A stretch of DNA of 64,000 nt, from the NCBI RefSeq assembly GCF_009914755.1, contig NC_060935.1, one strand, 5' to 3'. Origin of the DNA: the human T2T-CHM13v2.0 reference genome, Homo sapiens. Under the pieces are notes generated by a model. The model did not search any database. It saw only the letters and a list, made by a program, of their open reading frames with translations, and was not told where the DNA came from. Within the stretch, counting starts at the first letter, position 1. Each line of letters opens with the position of its first letter. Positions 42,975 through 56,426 of the stretch are shown here, piece by piece. The position numbers were made by a program, and so were the translations under genes.

Positions 42975-45900
42975 GAAATACCACTTCATGCGCACTATGA
43001 TGGCTGTCATTAAAAAGATGGACAATAAAAAGTGTTGATGAGGATATGAAGAAACTGGAACCCCAGCAGGGGCATGGGCATGTAAAACAGTGCAACTTCT
43101 GTGGAAAACCATCTGGCAATTCCTCAAAAGGTTAAACATATTTACCCTATGACAAAGCAATTCCACTCCTAGGAATATACCCAAGAGAAATAAAACATAT
43201 GCCACACAAAAACTTGGAAGTGAGCATGCATAGCAGCATTATTCATCAGAGCTAAAAAGTGGAAACAACCCAAATGACCATCAACTGATGAGCAGACCAA
43301 TAAAATGTGGTATCATTCATGCAATGGAATATAATTTGGCAACAAAAAGTGATAAGTACATGCTATACGTGACACATGCTACAACATGGGTGAACCTTGA
43401 AAACATGATGCTGAGTGAAAGAAGTCAATCAAAAAGACCACATTTTGTATGATCCCATTTATATAAAATGTCCAGAATAGGCAAATCTATAGAGGCAGAA
43501 ATTAGATTAATGATTGTCTAATTGGGCACTTGGGGGAGTGACTGCTAATGAGTATGGGATTTTAGGGGTGGAGACGTGATAGAAATGTTCTAAAATTGAT
43601 TGTGGTGATGGTTACTCAGCTCTGTGAGTATACTAAATCACTGAACTATACACTTTTAATAAATTAATTGTATGATATAGGAATTATATATCAACAAGGC
43701 TGTTATTTTTAAAATATGGAAGGATGAAGAGGCACTAACTATGAACATGGAAGGGGCTGGGGTTTGGGGAGTGCCTTCTAAACTAAGGGAACTGCATGTA
43801 CAAAGGCCCTGTGGCTGGGAATTTGGGGTGGTTAAGAAAGCAAAAGACACCAGGTGACAGGAGCTCACAGGGAAAAAAAAAAAAAAAGAGAGAGAGAGAC
43901 AGAGAGGAGAGAAGAGGCTGGAGAGCCAGCCAGACTAGGCCATCCAGGGCCTTGAGGACCAAGGCAGGGCCTCAGGTGCACACCAAGGCCGGTGAGCAGG
44001 GTGAGGTTCTTACCATGGTGCAGGTGGTGGCACGCGGCTCCTCATGCCCAGCCTGTCCCGCCCTTCCCCTCTTTCTGACCTCACCCATCTGTCTGGGGAA
44101 GCCCTGGCGTAGGATGTGAGTTCTGGAGGAACTGCAGGGATCTCTTATCAGAAGTCTTCATGGAGGACGGGCTTTGTGGCAGAGCTGAGGTTGAAGTGCC
44201 ACCTCTGCCACTCGCTGAGTGACTTTGGTAAGCTCTGTCCTGTCTCCTAGAGCCCTGGTTTCTGCATCTGCACAGTGACCTGTTCCACCTTCCAACAGGG
44301 CCGTGCTAAGGAAGATCCATGCCATGGTGTGCAGTGCTTTGTAAAGAAAGTCTAAAAGGTCATCATCTGTCTGCGCCAGCTGGCTTCTTTCTGAATTCCA
44401 GGGTCTGCTGATGGGCTGGGCTGTTGCACCCCCACTCTGGGGCCGATGGGGTTTACTGCGGAGCTGGCTGTAATCCTGAGGTTGGAAAAATGTCTCCCAG
44501 GCCTGTGAGCCACTCCTCCCCAACTCCAGGACGCTGGGCAGGGGGCAGGGGGAGGGAATGGGAGAGCCGGGAGCAGACAGGCCGTGTCCTTATCCTAGGA
44601 TGTGACTAATTAGATGGTGAGGCAGGGTGAGTGTGGACTCCTTGGACAACAGCAAAGTCTGGGGACTTCGCAGCTGGAATCTGTTCACTTGTGCTTTGAA
44701 CAAACGTGGAGGCCTTCTTTGCAACCTTAGGAATCATTCCAGCCTAATCCATGCTCCAGATTGGAAGAGGCGCTGAGGCCCAGAGGTGGGGAGGCCTTGT
44801 GTAAGGCCACACGGTCAGTAAGGGGCAGAGGAAAACAAAGAAGCCAGAAGTCAGAAAGGGGAGAGGTTGGCGATCCTTTGGTCCAACCTCCACACGCACA
44901 CACAGAACAGAAGCCCACAGAGCTCAGATCTCCACAATGATAGGGACAGGCCAGCCTGCAGGCACAGGCTTTCTACTGTCCTCAACCCCTGAGGCCTCTT
45001 CTTCAGACCCCTGAGAAGAGGATGCCTTGGGCATCTTCCCAAAGTCCCATTCCTGGTCCTAGTCATCCCTCCTGACCCTCCCCTGCAACGGCCCCTCCCA
45101 CTGTCCCTCCATCCTTGCCTGACCTAAAGTCTGGATCCCCACAGTGAGGGCTGAGCCGTGGCCTTCACTGGCCCTGAGCCCAGGATCCAACCACCATATG
45201 ACAATGCTTCGTGTGCCCCCAACAGGACCCATTGCCTGGTTCTACTCCTGACCCTCTGGTATCTGTCAGTGAAGGACCCCATCCCCCACTCTGTGCCCAA
45301 GCCAGCTAGACACCTGGGGGTCACCTGCCTCTCCCGCCTTCCCCTGACACCCACCTGCTTCCCAAGGCCTCCCTTCATCTTTGAGATAACCCCTCCCTGC
45401 CCACTGCCCTTGCCCGAGTTCAGGCCTCCTTTCTCTCCTGCATCCCCAGCAGCCTCTCTATTCCAACCTCTTCACAGGAGTCAGAGACACCTTTGGAAAA
45501 TATGGCTCTGCTTGTACCCCTCCTCTCCTCAATACCCTTCCATGGCTTCCCAGCACCCTCAGGGCAAAGCCCAAGCTCCTCAACCTGGAGTTCAAGGCCT
45601 TTCTTAATGTTCTGCTGGCTCCTGTTGACCCTGTGAGCGGCCATGCTGCAGGTGTTCCCATTGTGTGCTGTTTCCAACAGGCCAGACTTGGTCCTCATCT
45701 GCAAGCCTTTGTCTCCCAGCTCCCTCTGCCCCAGGCTCTTTTCTCCTCCTCTTTCTGGGCTGCGTGGTAAGCACCCACTCACTCTTCAAGGATCTATTCC
45801 CCACAGATTTCCCCACAGGTGGCACTGACTTCCCTACACAGAGCCCTGTGCAGACTTAACTGAGCCCCTGTGACACTGGATGTACCGCCCCTCCCCATTC

Positions 45901-48206
45901 TGGGAGTGCCTCAGGCCCCGGCCAGGTTTTACTGGGCTCAGGTAAAAAGCACAGAAGGAAGGAAGGGAGTGGAAAGGAAGGCACTTATTGTAGGTCCCTG
46001 CTCAAGCACCTCCTCTCCTAGAAAACCCCTAGACAGATGGCATCTCCTGTCACTGCCACCCAGACACTTATGGCAGAGTCGCCGGCTAACTCACACCAGA
46101 GTTACTCGTGTTGACATGGCCTCTGGAATGGCGGAACTGCAGTCCCATTTAGGCCACACTGATTCACAGATGGTGAAGTGAGGCCCAGAGACAAGCAGGC
46201 AGGGCTGGGTGTTAATCAGCAGGCTGGAGCCGAGCCAGGATTTCAATTCTTATCCGTCTGACTCCAAACCCCATGCTCTTTCCCATGAACCCGCTGTCTG
46301 CCTCTGTCCCCAGGCAGCGGAAGGCCCTGCTCTCGATACCTGATGTGGGCACTTCTGGACCCTGAGAGCCCATCGTGGGGGCAGCAGAGCCCGGAGCCTC
46401 ACCTGGGCCCATAGGAGCCGCAAGCTCCTAGGCCCAGGCACAACACATCCAGTGGCTCCACGGGTGTGGTGGGTAAGGGGCATTCAGAGGCCATGCAAAG
46501 TCCTTGTGAGGTTCTGGGGTGGGGGCAGCAGGGACTGAGCCTTTGCAGGGCACTCACTCTGCACCCAATCCTTCCCAGGCCTTGTCTCTGTAAAGCTCAC
46601 TCCAGCTCAGCCAGGCAGAGGTCACTCTATGATTCGACCCCCCACTCCCATTTCCTCCCTGACCCCAGCCCTTATCACACTGTCCACAGAGCCAGGCCTC
46701 TTGGGCTTGATTCTCAGCCCTGCCACTCACTTGCTTTGGGAACAAAGTGCCTTAAGCTCCCTGTGCCTCAATTTCCTCCTCCATGACAATGTTGGGAGAC
46801 AATAGGGTTGTTTTGGGAATTAAATGAGTCAATACTGTGTAAATCACTCAGAACAATGGCGGGTGGTAAGTGCTCTAAGGCAAGCCTCATCATCATCATC
46901 ATCATTGTCGTCGTCATTTTACCTGTTTGTCTTGCCCACTGGACAGTGGACTCCAGAGGGCTGTGTTTTCTGGACTCTGCTTCTCCCCAGTGCCCAGCCC
47001 TGAGCCTAGCTAGCAGGGGGACTTACTGCATGTTTGTGTGAGGACAAACTTTCGACGAGTGAAGTGAACAGACTTGCTCTAGGTCACCCAGATCCACCAC
47101 CGCGGACCATGTTTCCCTCGTTCTCCGGGCAGGGTGGGCACTGTGCTGCACACATACATGGGGCATATTGGCCAAGATGGCATTCACAGAAAGGGCTCCT
47201 TGCGGCCCCTCGAAATCTGAGTGTGACTTAAAGGAAAAATATGCCCCAGGTGTTAGAGAAGGGGGCGCCGGGGCTGGCCTTCCCATCTCATGCATTTGCA
47301 GGGCTGCAGAAAGCGGGTGGGGAGGAAGGTGGGGTCTGGCTAGGGGAAGGCCCACCCCACTGCGTCTGCTTTGTGTCTTCCTAGGGCGGGTGTGTTGCAT
47401 CCAGGGCTGTGTGGAGGGAGAGTTTACATTCCCAAGTACCTTAGACAAGGGTGACTGATAAGAATGTCTCTGGTCTGGGAGCTTCTGCAGTGACTTTATC
47501 TCTCTAGATAGGGCCAGGCTGGCCTGGGCTAAGGAGAGAAGGGGAGGGGACCTTGTGGTATCTGGGAAGCCTCAGAGCTCAGGCTTAGCTGCGGCTGTGC
47601 CCACCTGGCTCTGAGGTCCCTGGCCCAGCTCCTGCTGCTGTGCCCTCCACGCCCCCACCTTATTCACCCTTGACCAGCTCCTGCCTGGGCCTGCCCAGCC
47701 ACACTCTGCAGCCTCCCATGTCTTGGTCAGTCTGTGAGCCACCTGAGGACAGGTCCTCCTCAGGAACCTGCACAGAGCTAGGCACCTTGTTTTTAGCATC
47801 CAGCCTAAACTTATTTCCTCCCAGGCTCCCTGAAAACCTGCTCCTCCTCTCTCCCTCCCAGTCAGAGACTGGGGTGACGTCTTTGACCCCTTCCTTTTTC
47901 CCAAGCCTCATGTCCCTGCGTCCACTTAATGAGCACTCATTATGTTCCAGGCACTTTATTAAATCTCTCCAAGACTCCTCAGGGGCACTATTATAATTCC
48001 CATTTGACACAGAGGGATTTGTCATATAGGGTTGGTGACTTGCCCTAGGGCACCCATCTGAAAGCAACGGAGCTGGGCTTTGAGCTTAGTTTGGAAGGCA
48101 CAGTTGTGGGTGGGAGGACTGACTCCAGGTTCTGTCTGTGGGGTGGGGATGAAGCATGGGTTGGGGAGCTTGCCTGTACCTGGGGAGAGCTGCAGAGGAA
48201 GAGGGG

Positions 48207-48755
48207 GGCTATTCCTGTTACCTGGTGCTGTGTACCAAGCCACCCTGAAAATTGGTGGCTTGAGACAATGACATTTAGTTTGTTCTCAAGTCTGCATTTG
48301 GGCAGGGCTCAGAGAGGATGGTTCATCTCTGCTCCTCTGGACATTACCTGGGATGCACTGAAGTCTGGAAACTGAAATCATTTGAAGAGTTGGTTTATTT
48401 ATATGTCTGGCAGCTGAAGCTTGGGCTGTTGGCCAGAACAACTATAGTGGCCTCTGCATGTAGCTTGGGCTTCCTCACAATATGGTGTCTGAGTCCCAAG
48501 GGCAAGCATGCTGACAGAAAGAGACAGAAAGATAGACAGACAGATGGGTGGCGGCTGTACCACCTTTTAGGTTTAGCCTAGTAAGTTTTCATGTCAATTC
48601 TATCACATTCTTTTCACGGAGGCCATCTCAAAGGCATGCCCAGTTTCAAGGGGAAGAGCAATGGACTCCATCTCCTGATGGGGAATGACAAGTTTCCAGG
48701 ATATAGAATTAGGAACACTCCTGAGATCATTTTTGGGAAATTTCAGTCTACCATA
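48207..48755 (-). mobile_element. MLT1H-like solo LTR
   Basis: tgggcagggctcag..gcttgggcttcctcacaatatgg..ggactccatctcctgatggg. Confidence 0.75.
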
Positions 48756-50319
48756 GGGACCTCCTCTTCTGGCCTCTCCTGGGTGGTTCCACTTCCCTGA
48801 CCTGGCAGGACACTTCTGGGAGCTCGACCAATGCTGCTCCTCTCACCCCAGCTTTGGAAGCATAGATGTCAATGGGGGGAGGAGCAGAGCCAGTGAGTGG
48901 CTGTGTACTGAGCACTGGCTGCATCCCAGGCCCCCCCCGGGTGCTTGTGTGCCTTCTTTCATTGGATCCCCACCATACTCCCACATCATGTGCAGTGTGG
49001 CTCCTATTTTTTCAGTGAGGAAACTGAGGCTGAGAGAGGTGAGGTGACTTACCAAGACCACCAGGGCTCATCAGGGAGGCTGGGATTTGAAGCCAGGTCT
49101 GCGTAGCTCTGAAGGCCTTTTTCTTGCCACTGCACAGCTGTCCACAGGCTCAAGATAGGGAAGACCCCACAGGGAGAGGGATTAAGGATAGTGACCTTAG
49201 GATCAGAACAAATTGGGTCCTCACTGAAGCTCCTTAACTTTGAGCAGGTCACTTCATTGCTCTGAGCCTCAGTCTCCTCATGAGTCCAGTGGAGCTATGG
49301 CCTCCACATCACAGATGTAAGAAAACATAATGAAATAAAATAATATTTGCTATAAGCTTGGCACAGCCTCTGGCTCATCATGCATGGGACCCAGGCCACC
49401 CAGCCCCTTCCTAGACAGGACCTGCTCGCCTGTGGGGAGTGAGCAGGTTGGTGGCTGCCTGAGGACTGGGCCTGCTGCCACTCACCAAGGGGGAGCCCCT
49501 GGGTTCCTGTTGGCTATTTTTAGGACTGTGTGGGCAACCACAGAACCACATGTGGGGTTTACCACCGCTTGGCCAAGCCCGGAAGAACAAGAGAATGCTC
49601 CTGACGACAGAGGACAGGCATCTGAGGTGGGATGGGCCTCACTTCCTTCCCAGCATCTCCAGGTTGACAAAGGCAGAGAGCCTCTCCAAGCCTCAGTTTC
49701 CTCATCTATAAAATGGGGATAATAGTAAAAACAATAGCCCACATTTTTGCAGTCCTCACCATGTGCCAGATGCCAGTCAAGCCCTTCATGGGTGTCATCT
49801 CACGTGATCTGTGATTCCCGTGAGGGAGGCTGGAAGAGGCGGAAGTTGCTCAGCTAGAAGAGGGGGCAGAAATGGAACCAGGCCTGGCTCTTTTAACCAC
49901 TCTGCTCCCAGCCTCTCCAAACAGACTAGAAGAAAGGTCACAAGGATTAGCTAAGAGTACGGATGTGGATGTCTTTTTTAAACTGTAAGAGAATGTCAAC
50001 CAAACAGGCCCAGGGACAGGGACAATGTAGGCTAGGAGCTTAGGACTATGCTCCGTGGAGACGCCTCCAAAAAAATCAAGCTTTGAAAGCTACTACTGAG
50101 AGGTGGACTAAAGACCAGAGGTGGCAGCAAGATTTCCCTGGTCCACAGCAGTTCTCAGAGGAGCCCCAGACTCAGGCCCACCCACTTCCTCATTCACGTG
50201 GGTCCCTGACAAGCTTACCTTTTGGGTCCAGGAAACCATGTTCCTGGAAGAGCCACCAGCCATGGTTAGGACTCAGAAGTTCTGTAATTTCCCAACAGGA
50301 AAAGACAGAAAAGGGCAAC

Positions 50320-50930
50320 AGGGCATGTGTGTGCCCACACAGACATTTGCCTGCGACCATGTGCACTCACACCACGTGAATCGCACATGCGCACAGGCAA
50401 ATATACCTATCCACACACTCATAGACCTCCAGCCGCACCTGTTCACACAGGCACACACACACACATACACATCGCACCCATATTCCTGTATTAAGATGCA
50501 CCTATGGAGTATGTACAGATGTTACACAAACATCCACACACATCCCATACGCTTAAATGGATCAGCATAAATACACAAACATGCATCTATGCACAAAGTA
50601 TAAACACATGCAAATACACATATTTACATGTGTCCAGTCATCATACACTTCCGTGGATAAACAGGTACATGTACTCAATTCACTTATTGTGTAAAGTTGT
50701 ATACACATTGCAACTCACACAAACACATGCATGCATATACACACACAGGTATACATATGTGCTTAATAATGGTTGGCACAGATCCATAAGCATCCACATG
50801 TATATATCACCACCACGCATCATAGCCATCTGCATCAGCACATGCAAACTCGTGTGCACACACCTGCATGCACACACTCTTACCTGCATGCCTGCAGCTC
50901 GCCCATGCTGCACACGGTGTGTACACCTTG
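50320..50930. repeat. Degenerate CA/TA-rich low-complexity tract
   Basis: Interrupted (CA)n/(CATG)n-like sequence. Confidence 0.8.
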
Positions 50931-53265
50931 CCTTTTCTGGCTCCTTTGTTGCTGAGCGATCCTGCAAAGGTGCAGAAACACAAACACCTAGTTCCACTTC
51001 ACCTGAAAACCCCCAAACCCTGGGTGCGTGGGAGGGTGAACCAGATGCCCTCCCTGTTGGGGGCACAGTGGAAATTATGACCCGAGTTGACTTTTACAAT
51101 AAGAGCAAAGGTGAGGGGTTTTTCCACCCGGTTACCTCACTGTGTTGGGGCTGACCAGGGCCACCCCTGCTAATCCACCTCCTGTGGGCCCCTCCAATTA
51201 CCCAGGGTGCTCAGGTTCAACACAGGCTCCACATCTCCTTAGTTTACTCAGCAGTTAATGAGCAAGAGCCTGGACCCACCTGTGTGTCAGGCCCTGGGCT
51301 GAGGCTTGGGCTGGGGAGATGCGGTGGATCTGGCCCGGCCCATGCAGCTGGAAGGTGGGAGGAGGCCTGGTTGGTGGGGTCTGTGGGAGGCTCTAGGTCA
51401 AATTCCTAAAAATGGATCTGCTTGATGACCAGCTTGCCAACTGATCAGGTTTTCAAATGACCAATTTGCCAAATATACCAAACTTACCAATTTACTATTC
51501 ATTTTTTCCAAAGTATATAGCAATTGTATTGGATAGATTGACACTGGTTTTCATTTCATCTTCATAGTTCATTTTAAGGAATGTTTAGATGGTCAAAAGC
51601 TAAGTGTCAGGGAGTGGTTTCATTTAGTAAAGGCACTTAACATTTGGAATTGGAGAGGGACTTTCTGGGAACATCTACCAGGAATGGGGCATTCTGGGAG
51701 CTCTGTAGCAAGACAGGCCTTCAGGGACCACCTGACTCCCCAGAGCCATGTGGCCTGTGCCTGGGTTGTCCTCTGACTGGCTCTGTGTCCTGTGCCAGGC
51801 CCCTTCTCCTGTCTGGGTCGCAGTCTCCTGGCTATAAAGAGCTCAGCTTTTGGGCCTTGCTGATGTTTGATGAGACCCTGGAGCTACCTGTGACCTCAGT
51901 CTCCGAGTGTGGCCAGGGTCCAGGCCATGGGAGCCAGAGAAGCTGCTGACTCTGCTGAGGGCAGCCCAGCCCTGCTTGGAAGTCAAGGCTGTTGTGTTGG
52001 TGCCTGTATCTGAACTGTGACATTTCTGGGTCCTGTCCCCAGCCCCAGGCAGAGGGGCCTTGCTTGCTGTGTGCGGGGAGCATGGGGCTGCAGAGGGTGG
52101 GGCCCAACTAACTTTCCTTTCCTGGTAACACGCTTGCTAAGCTCATTTCCTTTTTCTGAAGGGAAATGCCATTGACATCACACCACTGGATTTTCAGTGA
52201 CGCAAGATGAGAACTCGTGAGCCTTTCGCAGGCAAGAAGGGTGCACTTGTGGGCTGGGCACAGATCTGACCCGGGGCAGATTCGGAGAACCTCTGATCTG
52301 AGGCTCCTAGCCCTTGCTTTAGAGATGGGGACCCCTAGGTCAGAGAGGGGTAGAGACATGCCCTGGGTTCCACAGCCAGACAGCAGGGCTGGGGCCAGAT
52401 CCCAGGCCCCTGTCTCCCAGCCCAGGGCTCTAGATGAAGGGGCCTGACTTGCCCTCTCAACCTATCTTAATAGTGGCACCAACATCCACCAAGTTGCCTA
52501 GGCCACAAACGGGTCTCACTGCACTCCTCCCTCCCAGCACCCTCCTCCTGGCAGCAGCACTCATAGCTGTCTCCTGCAGTCCATCACAGGCCACTCCCTG
52601 GCTCAGGCCACCTTGTCTTCTCCAGGACCCCAGTCCAGGAAATACCTGGCCACTGCTCAGGCCTCCCTACCTACATCCAGGCTTCTCCCTCCAGTCCATC
52701 TTCTGTTCAGCTGCCTGGGTGACTTGGCTAAAACACAGAGCCCACAGTGTCAGTCCCCAGGGCAACCCTTCCAGGGCTCCTTGGCTGGGCATCCCAGACT
52801 CTCCGTGGTGCTTGCGCCTCCTTCCAGCAGCTGCCCCTGACACGCCCCTTTGCTCCCTCGGTGCAGAAGCTGCCTGCCCTCTTCAGAGTGTGCATCCTCT
52901 CTGCATTTGCTGTTCCTGCGCCGTTTCCTCTTTGGGAACTCCTCCCTCTGCAGGCACGTTCCTGTTTTTGCTCACTCCTGAGGAAAGCTCACACGGCCCG
53001 ATCTCCCTTCCCCCACCCCAGCCTTGGAGGGAACGTCTAGGTCTTCCTCCCCACCTCCTTGACAGCAGCAAAGACATTTTATTGTGGAAAATTTCAAACA
53101 CACAACAAAAATAGTACAAAAACTACTGTGTATTCCTCACCCAGCTTCGACCCTCCCCGACTCAGGGCCACTCTTGTTTCATTTCTATCCCCCAACTCCT
53201 CCCCACTGGATTACTCAGAGCAAATTTAAACATCAGATAATTTTATCCACAAATACTACAAGGAG

Positions 53266-53390
53266 TTGGGCGCAGTGGCTCATGCTTATAAATCCCAGCA
53301 ACTTGGAAGGCTGAGGTGGGCAGATGACTTGAGGCCAGGAGTTCACCACCAGCCTGAGCAACATAGCAAGGCCCTGTCTCAAAATAAATA
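53266..53390 (+). mobile_element. FLAM / Alu monomer
   Basis: gggcgcagtggctcatgc..gaggccaggagttca..ccctgtctcaaaa. Confidence 0.8.
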
Positions 53391-53821
53391 TTGCAGTCTG
53401 TATTTCTAAAAGATAAAGGCATGGCCAGAAACTATTATCCTGCCTACATTTTTAATAATAATTTTTTATTATCATAGTATATAGTGGTGTTTAAATTTCC
53501 CCAATAAACCAGGCGTGGTGGCTCACACTTGTAAGCGTGATTACTCCAGATTACTCCAAATCATGCTTCTAAGTATAATTACTCCTAGAACTTTGGCAGG
53601 CTGAGGCAGGAGGATCACTTGAGCCCTGGAGTTCAAGGCCAGCTGTCTTCCAAATAAAAAAATTCCCCATTGTCTAACAAAGATCTTTTACAGATCTTTT
53701 AAAGTTGATTTGTTCAAAATCAGGATCTACACAAGTTCCATACATTGCATTTGATCGTTTTCTCTTAAATCTCTTTCAATCTTTTCTACTTCCTCTCTCT
53801 TTTTTGGGGGGGGAGGGGGTG

Positions 53822-54425
<604 letters not shown>

Positions 54426-56018
54426 TCCTGTTTTAAAAAAATATATATATATATATTTGTTGACTAAACAAAGTTGTTGATCCCATGTAGTTTTCCACCT
54501 TCTGGCTGCATTCCCCCATAGTGTTATTTAACACATTCCTCAGTTTCCTGCCTTTCCCGTAAATTGGTAGTTAGATCTAAACACTTGATTAGACTCAATG
54601 TGCTAGGAAGAATGCTTCATAGGTGGCGTGTCTACTTCCCTCAGAAGGAACATCATATTTATAATGTTTGGTTGTCTCTCCTTTTGTGCCTTTAGAAGGC
54701 TGTGATGATCATTGCCTATATCTATTATTTCATTAGAGAATTACAAAACAATGATGTTTTAATTTTATCATTCTTTCTTCATTTATTAGCTGGAACACTT
54801 CTATGGAGAAAAACTTCTCTCCTGATGCTTTGGTTCCCCTAAGGTACAATTGGTTTAGGAAGGACAGAACTAATGCTGGCTGATTTCCCCTTTACTTATC
54901 AGTTTTCAGAATAATGAGCTGATTCCCTCACAGTCTCTAGAGGTGATCAGCAAAGTTTTTTTTTGTTGGTTTTGTTTTTTTTTTTAAATTATTATCTAAT
55001 ATTTTTAAATGCATTTGAAAATTTTCAATTTATTGCAGTTATTAACCTTGTTGTCACTCAAATTGTCCCACCTTTGGCCCATAGAGATCTCTTGGTCATC
55101 TGAGTCCTTTTGGCCTGACCCTAGTGGTGTTTAATACTGTCCTGACTTTCTGGTATAACGAGATGTCCAGGTTTGTCTTGTGTTTTTTCCGCCTGGACCT
55201 GGAATTAGATATTTCTTCAAGAAGCCCTGGTTCTTTTTTACAAGAAGTGGCATTTAGAAACCACAAATCTGGGTGTGAGGTGTGAGATATGCTGAGTTGG
55301 TCTTTGCTTTTAGATCTTCTCAAGGTGCAGAGCTAGGAAATTTTTTTCTTAAGAAGATATATATCAAGGGTTCATATTGATAGTTTGAATAAAACCTTCA
55401 GCTATAGGGCTTTTACATAAGTATTTTGATTTTGTATCTGAATCTCTTTTGTCTAATGCTGAACATCTTGCTTCCTAACAACATTGACATTATTACTGAT
55501 TCATTTCTCCTACTTTCTTTCTATATATACATATTATAAAAATATCAGAATAATAACACCAATAGTGGTATTAATAATATGATTACTGAAAATACTTTAT
55601 AATTTGTCTGTGATTCTTTTATCCTTAGAATATATAGCCTACTAGTCAAGCTATAGTCAAGTTACCAGGTTTCTAAATCACTTAAAATAATTCAGCTTTG
55701 CTTGGTGAAGAAAACAATTCAATACACAGATTTATTGATTTCATTTTGCTCTTTATTTGGGGTGATTGCTTTTGACTTTTATTTAGATTTAATTTTGTTT
55801 TATTTTTATGGAAAGAATTTATGTACTTCTAAAGCTAACCTATATAATAAGGTATATTCAGAGAAGCCTGGCTTCTACTCCATTCCCTTACCACACTTCC
55901 TCCCCACTCCAGCAGACAACAATTGTTTAATTTTATTTTTTATCTTTTAACTGATACTTAATTTTAAAAACACGCATGTATTTGTGTATTCCCTCCTTTT
56001 TGTTGGATAAAACGATAA

Positions 56019-56426
<408 letters not shown>

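Larger units (their letters stand above)
40505..43710 (+). mobile_element. L1MB7/8-like 3' portion, split by SVA into 40505-41173 and 42975-43710
   Basis: atcactagccatcagagaaatg..gaaataccacttcat joins gcgcactatgatggct..; 3' end aatgttctaaaattgattgtggtgatgg; TSD-like aaaat(at)ggaagga at 40493-40504 / 43711-43724. Confidence 0.87.
39985..43860 (-). mobile_element. L2 remnant hosting a MIR and the L1MB/SVA nest
   Basis: attcactaactaattcaaaaat..tgtgcca; ggcttccctgaggaagtgatg resumes after the L1 as ggaaggatgaag..catgtacaaaggccctgtgg. Confidence 0.65.

Noticed and set aside
50504-51154. His/Thr/Cys-rich 216-aa ORF (zinc-finger-like)
   Set aside because: Translation of degenerate CA-rich low-complexity DNA; no regular C2H2 spacing.
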